Assembly (NCBI GenBank): GCA_043775255.1
Contig: JAYVST010000369.1
Coordinates: 1 to 39,557, forward strand
Origin: Burkholderiales bacterium
Lineage (GTDB): Bacteria > Pseudomonadota > Gammaproteobacteria > Burkholderiales > JAEUOS01
Direction of reading: 5' to 3'
Length of the DNA stretch: 39,557 bases
Part shown: positions 1 through 9,056 of the stretch, in pieces
Layout: each line of letters opens with the position of its first letter
How positions within the stretch are numbered: the stretch's first letter is position 1
Program-made: the position numbers and the translations under genes
Notes under the pieces: model-generated
Seen by the model: the letters and a program-made list of their open reading frames with translations, nothing else
Told to the model about the DNA's origin: nothing
Database searches by the model: none

Positions 1-2036
1 ACGCTGCCGCCCGGTACCGTCACCCACGCGCTGCCATCGTAGTACTGCACCTCATACGCCGTGATCCCGTACAGGCTGAACGTCATGGTCTCCGTCGGCT
101 CCGCCGGCGCCGCGTACGCGTCCTGGATCGTGAATACGTCGATCTCGCTGATCGTCTGCGCGCTGTTGAAAGCGATCTGCAGTGAATCTGGAAAGCTGTT
201 GCGATTGGCGTCCAGCCAACCACCGCCGCTGCCCCAGCCCTGCCCCTTGCGGTCGCCATTGTTCACCGCAGCGGCGGTCGTCCCGGCTCCAAACGTGCTC
301 GACGCCACCGCCACCCCGCCGTTGGCCTGCGCCGCTACGTTCATGGGAGGACCGCTGTTGATCGCCGCTACGTTGACAGTCACTGTCGCCGAAGCGGCAC
401 TGCCGCCGGCATTGTCGTAGGCCCGGGCCCAGTAGCTGTATGTACCGACCGGCAATCCCGAATCGTTCGCCGAATAAGGCCCTGCGCCGGTGACTGTCGC
501 CACCAGCGTGGAACCCCGGTAAAACTCGACCTTGCTGATGCTGCCGTCGCTGTCTGTCGCCGCAACATTCAGGTCGACACTCGCCGGCGCCGCGTATTGC
601 GTGCCCGTTGTTGGACTGGTGAGTGTCACGCTGGGCGACTGGTTGACAGTCCCGGGAGCCTGCCAACCCACAGGCTTGTAAACCCAGATGTCACCGTTGT
701 CGGCATCCATCAGGCCGACAAATACGTCGTAATAAGGCGCGTATTTCCATTTTCCGAGGATCCCGTTGGCCACGTCACCAGGCGGCACCACTGCCGAGGG
801 CGAATTGATGGCCGATATGGTCCATCCCGAAGTAGTGTTCGACTGCGGGCTGTGCAAGTTCCAGACCAGGCCGGTCCCGCACCAGATCACGAAGTTTTTC
901 CGTACCGGATCGAATTGCAGCGCACAGCCTTCAAGGGAAGTCCCCGTGCTTACCAGCCAATTCTGGAAATCCAGCACGGTGCCCGTGACTTCGACCCGTT
1001 TGTCCTTGTTGTTTGCACCGGAAGTCTGCAGGTCCCAGAAAAGAAATGGCACCGCCGTTCCTTCGGTACGCACGTGCAGGCGCTTTTCAGGATCGTATCC
1101 GCAGGTTTTCTGGACGCCGCTGGTGCCACTCCAGAATGTGCCCACCATGTCCACCGTATCGAGCGCGGGTGCGGCCGGGTTTGTCAACTGGTAACGAAAC
1201 AGGTTGGAGTTGGTGGTACCGTCGCCGGGAAAGGCCATCGCGTACACGACGTCCTTGCCGCCTTCCTGCGCGTAGGTCGAACAGCCGGTCACGAAACCGC
1301 CCGGCAATGCGCCCGGCGAAACAATGTTCTTGTAGATGTCGCGGTTTTCCCACATGTTGCCGCCCACGATGTCGGGGTAGGGCGCCACGCGCTGGACGTG
1401 CGAACCCGTGCTCCCACCCACCTTGGAGCCATCGGCCTTGGCAGGATTGAACAGGTAGGGTCCGGTGATGCGAAACTGCCCGGGATTGGCTTCATCCGGT
1501 GCCGGATAGTTGCTGTTGATGTTCCAGGGCGCCCCGCCCCACGTAAGGAAGCGGTCGGCAATCGGCAGAAACGTGTTGTTCTGATAAGTGTGTGCGGAAG
1601 GCGGCGCGGCGAAGGCCCCATCGATCGCCAGATACAAGTCTGGCGCCACCGCCAATTGAATCTCGCTCGGTAGTGACGCACGCTCCCACTGCAGGGTGCC
1701 GGAGCGCCAACGATAGACATCATTGCCTGAATAATTCGCGTGGCCGCCGCCGTAGAGAATCAGATCGCCACGGTTGCTGTCCCAGGCAAAACCGCTCCAG
1801 GCACTGATCAGCTTCGCAGGCGTCGGTTCGCCTCCATTTGCCAGCGGGCGCAATTCGGGCGGCGTCCACACGCTGTTGAACGGGTTGAGATTGACTTTCG
1901 CCCAACCACCTTCCGGCATCGAAGTGATGATGGGCAGCAGCGGACTCGATGCCACATAGGCCGGCACTTGCGCTGCGGCAGACATGCCAAACAAGGCCAA
2001 TAACGCGCTGGCAAGCAGCCTAAGCCACGAATTCAT
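1..2036 (-). CDS. secreted beta-propeller (Kelch/galactose-oxidase-like) protein with Ig-like and lectin/discoidin-like C-terminal modules; 3-prime end runs off the window
   Basis: The frame is open from ATG 2036 to position 1, so it is absent from the ORF track. GGAG lies 7 nt upstream of the ATG. My translation starts MNSWLRLLASALLALFGMSAAAQVPAYV (signal peptide). It continues through GGGHANYSGNDVYRWRSGTLQWE and GKWKYAPYYDVFVGLMDADNGDIWVYKP. An Ig-like module follows (VTLTSPTTGTQYAAPASVDLNVAATDSDGSISKVEFYRGSTLVATV), then a lectin-like segment (GWGSGGGWLDANRNSFPDSLQIAF). All listed ORFs in 52..2014 are in other frames and are Arg/Pro-rich. Confidence 0.7.
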   Translation of the reverse strand, partial: MNSWLRLLASALLALFGMSAAAQVPAYVASSPLLPIITSMPEGGWAKVNLNPFNSVWTPPELRPLANGGEPTPAKLISAWSGFAWDSNRGDLILYGGGHANYSGNDVYRWRSGTLQWERASLPSEIQLAVAPDLYLAIDGAFAAPPSAHTYQNNTFLPIADRFLTWGGAPWNINSNYPAPDEANPGQFRITGPYLFNPAKADGSKVGGSTGSHVQRVAPYPDIVGGNMWENRDIYKNIVSPGALPGGFVTGCSTYAQEGGKDVVYAMAFPGDGTTNSNLFRYQLTNPAAPALDTVDMVGTFWSGTSGVQKTCGYDPEKRLHVRTEGTAVPFLFWDLQTSGANNKDKRVEVTGTVLDFQNWLVSTGTSLEGCALQFDPVRKNFVIWCGTGLVWNLHSPQSNTTSGWTISAINSPSAVVPPGDVANGILGKWKYAPYYDVFVGLMDADNGDIWVYKPVGWQAPGTVNQSPSVTLTSPTTGTQYAAPASVDLNVAATDSDGSISKVEFYRGSTLVATVTGAGPYSANDSGLPVGTYSYWARAYDNAGGSAASATVTVNVAAINSGPPMNVAAQANGGVAVASSTFGAGTTAAAVNNGDRKGQGWGSGGGWLDANRNSFPDSLQIAFNSAQTISEIDVFTIQDAYAAPAEPTETMTFSLYGITAYEVQYYDGSAWVTVPGGS

Positions 2037-2205
2037 CAATAAACTCCGATCCGACTAGCAATGACACCAAGAAAACTCAATTACGCCAGACACTCTCGAT
2101 ATGCACACGCAAACGATGCAATTTCCACACCAGGCACGAAAATCCTTAATATTCAATGCCATTGCCGATACTTTAGAGACGAATGATCGAAATGTGTATA
2201 TTTAT

Positions 2206-2238
2206 CCGACACGCCAAGTGATAAAAATCACGTGTCGG
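2206..2238. repeat. imperfect inverted repeat in the AT-rich intergenic region between the heptose operon end and the secreted-protein start
   Basis: The sequence is ccgacacg-ccaag-tgat-aaaaa-atca-cgtgtcgg, giving an 8+4 bp stem with a bulge. No clean U-run follows it on either strand, so its function (operator, weak terminator or RNA stabiliser) is open. Confidence 0.4.
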
Positions 2239-2319
2239 TACGGTATTAACGTTTTTTCAGGATTTTCATTGCAGGTATTTCCGCAAGTTGGCGAGGCCCA
2301 CCACTGGAAGCAGCCAAGG

Positions 2320-2853
2320 TCAAAGGAGGTCGACGAGCTCGCGCAACGAAGCTACCGATGTGCAGCCGGCGACCCTGATGTGCGCCGGGTTAAACAGGTA
2401 ATTCCGCACAATGCCCGCCTGTCGGCCTGCCTGCATGTCCGTGATGCTGTCGCCCACCAGAGCGCAAGCCGACAAATCGAACGAAAAATCCTGCCCGGCC
2501 GCCAGGATCATGCCGGGGTTTGGCTTGCGCATTGGCGAATCGCGCTTGTAGGCGCCTATCCCGTGTTCCGGATGATAGGGGCAAAAGTACACCCGTGCAA
2601 TCTCGATGCAGCGCGCCAGGAATTGCGCATTCATCCAGTCTGTCAGGGCATGAAACTGTGCCTCGCTGTAGTAGCCGCGGCCTATGCCGGCCTGGTTGGT
2701 CACGACGATCAGCAGATAGTCGCGTTGCCGGGCCGCGGCGCACAACTCGAATATACCGTCGACAAACTGGAAATTCTCGGGCTTGTGGACGTATCCATGG
2801 TCGACATTGATCACGCCATCGCGATCGAGAAACAGCGCACGCTTGCCCGTCAT
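2320..2853 (-). CDS. gmhB: D-glycero-D-manno-heptose 1,7-bisphosphate phosphatase (HAD-IIIA)
   Basis: 177 aa with FLDRDGVIN (DxDG nucleophile motif), VVTNQAGIGRG and VGDSITDMQAG. The ATG directly abuts the stop of the upstream gene (TGAATG). Confidence 0.88.
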   Translation of the reverse strand: MTGKRALFLDRDGVINVDHGYVHKPENFQFVDGIFELCAAARQRDYLLIVVTNQAGIGRGYYSEAQFHALTDWMNAQFLARCIEIARVYFCPYHPEHGIGAYKRDSPMRKPNPGMILAAGQDFSFDLSACALVGDSITDMQAGRQAGIVRNYLFNPAHIRVAGCTSVASLRELVDLL

Positions 2854-3540
2854 TCAACCCCCGGGCGAGAGTTCGCTCTGAGCGCGATCGAAATCCGCAG
2901 GAATGCCGATATCGATGAAATAGCCATCGGTCACGGATGCGCGCACCTGCAAGGCATCCAGATGACGCTGCAACAGATCGGTTTCAAAGCTGAAAGCCCC
3001 GGCCAACCCGAATTTGCCGAATACATCCGGATGCACCAGGTAGACGCCTGCATTGATTAACCCCGGGCCGCTGCCGCCCTTCTCTGCAAATGCGGTGACC
3101 CTGTCGCCCTGCAGCCGGACCGCGCCGTAGCGCGCGATATCCTGCACCCTGCGGAGCATGATTGCAACCGGCACGGGATCGCGTTCGTACCAGGCAACGA
3201 ACTCCGCAAAATCCGCCCTCAAGAAGGTGTCGCCGTTCACAACCAGGGCCGGACCCGTACCCGCCAGCGCATGTGCTATGGCCCCTCCCGTACCCAACGG
3301 GCTTTCTTCCACCGCGTACTCGATGCGCGCGCCACCATAACTGCCGCCGAAATGCGCCATGATGACTTCCGCCATGTAGCCAACGGAAAGCACGATCGGT
3401 CCCATTCCAGCCTTTACCAGGCCATCAAGCACGTACTCAAGGAATGGGCGTCCGGCAACCGGCGCCATCGGCTTGGGCACGTCCTGCACACGCGCCTGCA
3501 AGCGGGTACCACGCCCACCGGCGAGAACCACCGCGCGCAT
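2854..3540 (-). CDS. hddC: sugar-1-phosphate nucleotidyltransferase, probable D-glycero-alpha-D-manno-heptose 1-phosphate guanylyltransferase
   Basis: 228 aa with the N-terminal motif VLAGGRGTRL...PKPM and GTGGAI. Its small size and its position between gmhA and gmhB fit HddC rather than RmlA/GalU. Confidence 0.75.
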   Translation of the reverse strand: MRAVVLAGGRGTRLQARVQDVPKPMAPVAGRPFLEYVLDGLVKAGMGPIVLSVGYMAEVIMAHFGGSYGGARIEYAVEESPLGTGGAIAHALAGTGPALVVNGDTFLRADFAEFVAWYERDPVPVAIMLRRVQDIARYGAVRLQGDRVTAFAEKGGSGPGLINAGVYLVHPDVFGKFGLAGAFSFETDLLQRHLDALQVRASVTDGYFIDIGIPADFDRAQSELSPGG

Positions 3541-3543
3541 GCT

Positions 3544-4125
3544 TCAGGTCCGCGGGAACATCGCAGCCTCGATCAAGCCGCAAATAGTATGGCCGGCGAT
3601 GATATGGCCTTCCTGAATCCTCGGCGTGCTGCCCGACGGAATTTCGATGCAGTGGTCCACCACCTCGACGATGCGCGCACGCAAATTGCCCGTCATGCCC
3701 ACATTGACCACGCCCAGCGCCCGCGCCGCCTCGAAAGCCGCGAGGACATTGGGTGACTTGCCGGAGGTGGAGAATCCGAACAGGACATCACCAGCCTTGC
3801 CGACGGCTTGCACCTGGCGTGAAAACAGGCGTTCATAGCCGTAGTCGTTGCCAATCGCGGTAAGCACCGAGGTGTCGGTGGTCAACGCAAACGCCGGAAG
3901 CCCCGGGCGATCGTAGGCGAATCGGCTGACCATCTCGCCGGCAAGATGCTGCGAATCGGCGGCACTGCCGCCATTGCCCATGAAGAGCAGCTTGTTGCCG
4001 GCTTTCAGGGCCGCCACGCACGCGTTCGCTACAGCCTCGATCGCGCCGGCAAGCCGCGCGTCGGCGCGCATTGCGTTGATGACTCCGGCGCTTTCCGCCA
4101 GTTCATTGGAAATGACTTGTCGCAT
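3544..4125 (-). CDS. gmhA: phosphoheptose (sedoheptulose-7-phosphate) isomerase, SIS domain
   Basis: Motifs LLFMGNGGSAADSQHLAGE, FSTSGKSPNV and GMTG are present. I start it at the internal ATG (aa 82 of the 274-aa track ORF), which overlaps the hddA stop as TAATG. The 81 upstream codons are Arg-rich and overlap hddA. Confidence 0.88.
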   Translation of the reverse strand: MRQVISNELAESAGVINAMRADARLAGAIEAVANACVAALKAGNKLLFMGNGGSAADSQHLAGEMVSRFAYDRPGLPAFALTTDTSVLTAIGNDYGYERLFSRQVQAVGKAGDVLFGFSTSGKSPNVLAAFEAARALGVVNVGMTGNLRARIVEVVDHCIEIPSGSTPRIQEGHIIAGHTICGLIEAAMFPRT

Positions 4126-5156
4126 TACAACCTCCAGCCTTGGGTTCCGGTCTTCGTGAAATGGCAATTGCTCACGCTGCCGTCGAATCGCTCGAGCGAG
4201 CGGATCACGTCCATGCGCCTGTCGGGCGGCACGAAGAACAACATGAAACCGCCGCCGCCGGCGCCCGAGATCTTGCCGGCCGACGCACCCGCGGCCAGCG
4301 CCTCTTCGAAAATGTGCTCGATATGCACGCTCGACACCGAAGACGATGTCGCTTTCTTGTTGGCCCATCCCTCCCGCATCGATTCGACGATGCCGCCGAA
4401 ATCACCTCTCAGAAGGCATTCCTTCATGCGCGCCGCTTCGCGCTTGAGCGCATGCATGGCCTCCACGGTCTTGCCGGCGCCGGACCGCACGTTGGCGCTC
4501 TGGTCGGCAATCACCTTCGCGGATTCGCGCGATACACCCGTGTAGAACAGGAGCAGCGAGGCTTCCAGTTCGCAGATGATCCAGTTCTTGATGCGCAATG
4601 AGTTGATCACTGCCTTCTCATCCGCGTAGAACTCCATGAAATTGAAGCCGCCAAATGTGGCCGCGTACTGGTCCTGCCGCCCGCCTTGCAGGCGGCAATC
4701 GACGCGCTCAACCTGGAATGCAAGGTTGGCAAGCGTGTAGTCGTCAAGCGGAAGATTGAGAAATTCCGCGAAGACGCGCAACATCACCACGGCAAGCGTG
4801 GACGAGGATCCCAGACCGGATCCGACGGGAGCGTCGCAAAAAGTGGAAAGTTCGACAGCCAGCGGCCGGCCGCCGTTGAATTCACGGACGATGCGGTTGT
4901 AAACGGCCTTATGCAGGTCAAGATTGCCATCCAGGGGATACTGCTCAGCCAGTGGCAATTCGACAGTCTGCTGTCTGTCGGTGGAAATGAAACGCAATAC
5001 CGGCGCATCGAGCGTCTTGATGACCGCATATGCGTAACGGTCGATGGTGGCGTTGAGCACGTACCCGCCGAAATGGTCGCAATACGGCGAAACGTCGGTA
5101 CCGCCGCCGGCCAGTCCCAACCGCAGCGGCGCCCGCGCCCTTACAATCATTGTCAT
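4125..5156 (-). CDS. hddA: GHMP-family kinase, probable D-glycero-alpha-D-manno-heptose 7-phosphate kinase
   Basis: 343 aa with GHMP motif II PVGSGLGSSSTLAVV and motif III SGAGGGGFMLF. It is the first gene of the gmhA/hddC/gmhB operon. Confidence 0.78.
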   Translation of the reverse strand: MTMIVRARAPLRLGLAGGGTDVSPYCDHFGGYVLNATIDRYAYAVIKTLDAPVLRFISTDRQQTVELPLAEQYPLDGNLDLHKAVYNRIVREFNGGRPLAVELSTFCDAPVGSGLGSSSTLAVVMLRVFAEFLNLPLDDYTLANLAFQVERVDCRLQGGRQDQYAATFGGFNFMEFYADEKAVINSLRIKNWIICELEASLLLFYTGVSRESAKVIADQSANVRSGAGKTVEAMHALKREAARMKECLLRGDFGGIVESMREGWANKKATSSSVSSVHIEHIFEEALAAGASAGKISGAGGGGFMLFFVPPDRRMDVIRSLERFDGSVSNCHFTKTGTQGWRL

Positions 5157-5285
5157 CTTTGCTGCTCCAAGCTAGCCGCGATCCACCCAGAACCCCATTA
5201 GAGTTTACCGCACCCGTATGCGCGGCATTTCACATTCTCGCCGGTAATCCGACCCATATTCCAATTCCACATTCACGGTAATCCG

Positions 5286-6425
5286 ATGCCTCCACGATCC
5301 GCGTTGCATGCCTGGCTAGGTAGACATTTCGAGCTGGCACAAGAGACCGCCGATCGCAATCTTCCGATGGAAGGCTTGCGTGGGATCGCTGTATTGCTGG
5401 TCTTTTTCGTCCACTATTCCACCGACATCCTGCCGTGGATCGGCAACGATGGCTTCACCAGCCGGCTCGCCACTGGCCTGTTCATAGTAGGAAATACCGG
5501 TGTCGATCTGTTCTTTGTCCTGAGTGGACATCTGATCTACGGCGCCCTCATATCGAAGAATCGCAGGTACCTGCAGTTCCTGGGCCGCCGCGTCGAGCGA
5601 ATCTATCCTGCCTTCCTGGCGGTCTTCGCGCTTTACTTCCTGACCAGCCTTTTCATGCCACAAGCCAGCAAGTTGCCGCAGGGGAACCTTGAATTGACGA
5701 GATACCTCGTGTCCAACATGTTGCTCCTGCCCGGCATGCTGCCGATTCAGCCACTGATCCAGGTGGCATGGTCATTGAGCTACGAATTCTTCTTCTATCT
5801 CGCCTGCCCCGTGCTGATCGCCATGCTGCGCCTGCGCATGCGCCGGTCGACGACCAGAATGGCTGCAATCGCCGCGATCAGCCTTTTGGGGTTCGGCTGG
5901 TCATTCGCGTTTGGCGCGTCGCACGTCCGGTTGGTCATGTTTGGTTCGGGCATGCTGCTGTACGAGATTTGCGCCGACCGCGACTTCAACGCGCCACGCG
6001 GCTACGGCATGCCGACACTCATGCTGGCTCTCGCCGGCTACTACCTGATGGTGATCAACAAGGCAGAGTCGGTAGCAGCGTTTGCCCTGCTGTTCGTCTG
6101 CTATTTCGCCGTTTGCCACGAGGCTTTCACACGCAACGGCCTGAGTGCAATGCTGCTGTCGGTGCGTCCATTGCGCTGGCTGGGCAACATGAGCTACTCG
6201 TTTTATCTCCTGCATGCGTTCATGATCCACGGGTTCTTCTTCGCATTCAGGCTCATCACTCCTGCGCGGGGTGATGCCGACCACCTCTACTACCTTCTGG
6301 CCGTGCCGGTCTTCCTGGTTTCGGTCGTCGGGTCCGCCTGTCTGTTCCTGCTCGTCGAACGCCCGTTCTCGTTGCAGAAAGCCGCCAAGCCGGGCGCTAC
6401 AGGCGCGTCGGGCTCCGCAGCCTAG
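5286..6425 (+). CDS. acyltransferase family 3 (OafA/WecH-like) integral membrane O-acyltransferase
   Basis: 379 aa that is hydrophobic throughout (about 10 TM segments). It has the N-terminal LEGLRGIAVLLVFFVHY signature of acyltransferase-3 proteins. It is transcribed divergently from the heptose operon. Confidence 0.82.
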   Translation: MPPRSALHAWLGRHFELAQETADRNLPMEGLRGIAVLLVFFVHYSTDILPWIGNDGFTSRLATGLFIVGNTGVDLFFVLSGHLIYGALISKNRRYLQFLGRRVERIYPAFLAVFALYFLTSLFMPQASKLPQGNLELTRYLVSNMLLLPGMLPIQPLIQVAWSLSYEFFFYLACPVLIAMLRLRMRRSTTRMAAIAAISLLGFGWSFAFGASHVRLVMFGSGMLLYEICADRDFNAPRGYGMPTLMLALAGYYLMVINKAESVAAFALLFVCYFAVCHEAFTRNGLSAMLLSVRPLRWLGNMSYSFYLLHAFMIHGFFFAFRLITPARGDADHLYYLLAVPVFLVSVVGSACLFLLVERPFSLQKAAKPGATGASGSAA

Positions 6426-6463
6426 TGCCAAACTTTACGACTGCATTTTTCCAAGGGACATGG

Positions 6464-7753
6464 TCAGTTGAAATCGACCATCGAACGGCGTCTGCGAGCC
6501 AACGTGACCACACCCCCCTGATGGATCAGTTCTGCGGGCGTATCACGCCCGAGAAACAACAACGGACTTGCCGTATAGCCGTAACTTCCGGAAGCCAGCA
6601 CGGCCAGCAGATCGCCATGCTGCGGTTCCGGAATCTCGACGTCAACACCAAGCAGGTCGGTCGGATTGCATGAGGGGCCGGCAATGCTGCACCTTATCCT
6701 GGCGGCGTTCGGTCGCGAAATATTGCGCAGCGCGAAATTCGATCTGAACGCGGCGCCGAACGTGCCCGCGGCCGTGAGATGATGATGCAGGCCGCCATCG
6801 GAAACGAAGAACGCCTTGCCGCGCGAGCGCTTGCTGCTGACCACCCGCGCGACATACACGCCCGCATCAGCCGTCAGGTAACGACCCAGTTCGAAAACCA
6901 TCTCGCGCGGCCCGCCAGGTGCGCTCACGAAGTCCTGGAACACGCGGCCAAGTTCCGCGGCCACAGGCGCCAGTTCGAGTTCACGCGCGTCCTCCGAATG
7001 CGCGACCCCGAATCCGCCACCGAGATTGACGACGCCGCAGTGAAACCCGCTGCTGCGCTCGATTTCGCCTGCAATGCGCAGGGTGTTCCGGACACCTTCG
7101 ATTACGCCGAATGGCTCGAAACACTGGCTGCCTGCATAGACGTGAATGCCGCGAAAGCGGAGTTGCCCGGTATGCCTCGCGACCACCTCGAGAGTTGCAC
7201 CGAGTTCCTCTTCGTCGATGCCGAATTGGACGGCCTTGCCGCCCATTTTCAGGCCGTAGGCGCGAATCTGCAGAACGGGATTGACGCGCAACAGGATATT
7301 CGCCTTCGTATCGGTGCGCCTTGCCATTTCGATGCATTCATCGAGTTCGCGTCGGGACTCGATGCTGATGCAGCCAACGCCCGCCCTGATCGCCGCAGCC
7401 AGCTCGGGCATGGTCTTTGCCGGACCGGCGAAGCTCAATTGCTCCCCGTCATAGCCGGCCAGCAGCGCCTGCTCGAGTTCGCCACCGGAAGAAATGTCCA
7501 GGCCATCGGCAGTGGCGCGAACGGCACGCAGAAGTGCCAGGTTCGGATTGGCCTTGACCGCGTAGTACACCTTGGCGAAGCCTGCAAACGCGTTGCGGAC
7601 CGCACCGATCTTCGCGTTGATCGCGTCCGCGTCGTACAAATAGAACGGGGTGCCATGTTCATTGGCCATCTTCTCCATCTGCTCGGCGGAAATGCCGCGC
7701 CATGCACCCGTCTTGTCGATATTCAAGAAATGCTCCTCGGCAACCTGCTGCAA
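6464..7753 (-). CDS. fold-III PLP-dependent decarboxylase (Orn/DAP/Arg decarboxylase family), exosortase-A-associated type
   Basis: 429 aa with TPFYLYD, the PLP-Lys motif YYAVKANPN, LGGGFGV, IAGPSCNPTDLL and SGSYGYTAS. The track start codon is TTG (7753). The next ATG would remove a conserved N-terminal strand, so the start stays uncertain. Confidence 0.82.
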   Translation of the reverse strand: MQQVAEEHFLNIDKTGAWRGISAEQMEKMANEHGTPFYLYDADAINAKIGAVRNAFAGFAKVYYAVKANPNLALLRAVRATADGLDISSGGELEQALLAGYDGEQLSFAGPAKTMPELAAAIRAGVGCISIESRRELDECIEMARRTDTKANILLRVNPVLQIRAYGLKMGGKAVQFGIDEEELGATLEVVARHTGQLRFRGIHVYAGSQCFEPFGVIEGVRNTLRIAGEIERSSGFHCGVVNLGGGFGVAHSEDARELELAPVAAELGRVFQDFVSAPGGPREMVFELGRYLTADAGVYVARVVSSKRSRGKAFFVSDGGLHHHLTAAGTFGAAFRSNFALRNISRPNAARIRCSIAGPSCNPTDLLGVDVEIPEPQHGDLLAVLASGSYGYTASPLLFLGRDTPAELIHQGGVVTLARRRRSMVDFN

Positions 7754-7774
7754 AGCTGCATCCGCGCTACCTCA

Positions 7775-9049
7775 TCAAATTGCATTCAAGTCGGCCCAGG
7801 TGATGCCGTCGACCCACAACTGATACTTTCGGTCGATCATGATGATCGGCTTTGCGCTTCCCTTGGCGGCGAACAGCCCGACAACTCCGTCGACCATCGT
7901 TTCGTCCAGCGTCTGCGCGGCCCCGCCGGTAAGGATGAACTGGGCGATCTTGCCGACATCCGCCGTCGGCAGTCCCGGGCCATCACCGCGCGAGAAGCGA
8001 TCCAGCGCGAGGAACAGGCAGGCGTACGAGAGAAACTGCGGGGACGGTTCGAATTCGCCCTCGCGCAACGATTGATAGGTCTGCTGGACGTCCCCGACCT
8101 GTACCACGCTCAGGAATTCGTACAACCTCGAATGCGTCCGGATTTGGAGCAATGCGCTCTCGCGGGACGCGACGATGCCCAGATCGGCGAATACATAGCG
8201 GGCGATGGATGACGTGGGCGACGGTTTGTGTTCGCTCTCGCCGCGGATGATCTCCACGGTGTAGTGCAGGTCGGTGGTTGCGCCTCCGATGTCGATCACG
8301 ACGCAGGCGCCGATGATCTTGATGGACGAGCGGTTGAATACCGCCCTTTGAAAGCCCCGATTGGCAATTTCCGGCGTCGGGCGAATGCCGCGCGACAGAT
8401 TGCCGCGCAATTCACTCACACCTTCCTTGTAGACGAGGTCGTCCAGATACGCACGCCGGATGGCTTCGAATACGGTCGGCAGGCGGCTGACAAGCGCGCC
8501 CGCAAGCGGATTGCCGATCACCGAGGCGCCGGGAAACAAGTCGACGAACATCGCAGCGAGGCTGGCATTGCCGGCATAGGCGAGTGCTCCAAAACGGTAA
8601 AGTCCGGGATCGAATTTCCTCAGACGCTCTTCCAGCGGGCCGGCATCGCCACAGTCGATTCCGCCGGCGACAATCAGGATGTCGACCTTGCTCTGGTCTC
8701 CGCCGGGCTCATCGAAATCACGCAGGTAAACCGGGTTGGCACCAGCCAGCAAGGCCTGGTTGCGGATGGCGGCGCCGCTGAAATGCTTGCTCAGACAGAC
8801 GATGCCGACGCGCAGCCCGCCGTTGGCCGAGGAGCATACGATGATGTTGTCGGAGTCGAGCGGGATCGCGAGGTCCGAGAGAATGGACTCGACCTGCGTG
8901 GCAATCCCGACCTTGAAGTCGCGCGCGAAAAAACTCTGCTCCATGAGCGAGTCATCCGCACCGACCTTGGCCACCTTGACGACGGTGGAACCGATGTCGA
9001 TGGCGACTCGGGCGGGATTGGTCGCGGCAACGGACATTGAATCTTCCAT
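7775..9049 (-). CDS. glmL: glutamate mutase accessory/reactivating protein (MutL/GlmL-like, ASKHA fold)
   Basis: 424 aa with AIDIGSTVVKV, CSSANGGLRV, ILIVAGGIDCGD and a second phosphate motif VVIDIGGATTDLH. It starts 7 nt after the glmE stop. Confidence 0.72.
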   Translation of the reverse strand: MEDSMSVAATNPARVAIDIGSTVVKVAKVGADDSLMEQSFFARDFKVGIATQVESILSDLAIPLDSDNIIVCSSANGGLRVGIVCLSKHFSGAAIRNQALLAGANPVYLRDFDEPGGDQSKVDILIVAGGIDCGDAGPLEERLRKFDPGLYRFGALAYAGNASLAAMFVDLFPGASVIGNPLAGALVSRLPTVFEAIRRAYLDDLVYKEGVSELRGNLSRGIRPTPEIANRGFQRAVFNRSSIKIIGACVVIDIGGATTDLHYTVEIIRGESEHKPSPTSSIARYVFADLGIVASRESALLQIRTHSRLYEFLSVVQVGDVQQTYQSLREGEFEPSPQFLSYACLFLALDRFSRGDGPGLPTADVGKIAQFILTGGAAQTLDETMVDGVVGLFAAKGSAKPIIMIDRKYQLWVDGITWADLNAI

Positions 9050-9056
9050 AATCGGT

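Noticed and set aside
597-1673. 358-aa plus-strand ORF, together with 52..666, 766..1194, 1013..1450 and the other listed ORFs in this interval
   Set aside because: All are out of frame with or antisense to the continuous 678-codon minus-strand frame that encodes a well-formed secreted protein. Their translations are Arg/Pro/Gly-rich low-complexity sequence, typical of shadow ORFs in GC-rich DNA.
2101-3060. 319-aa plus-strand ORF starting in the AT-rich intergenic region
   Set aside because: It runs antisense through gmhB and hddC, both of which have clear family motifs. It has no recognisable motifs of its own.
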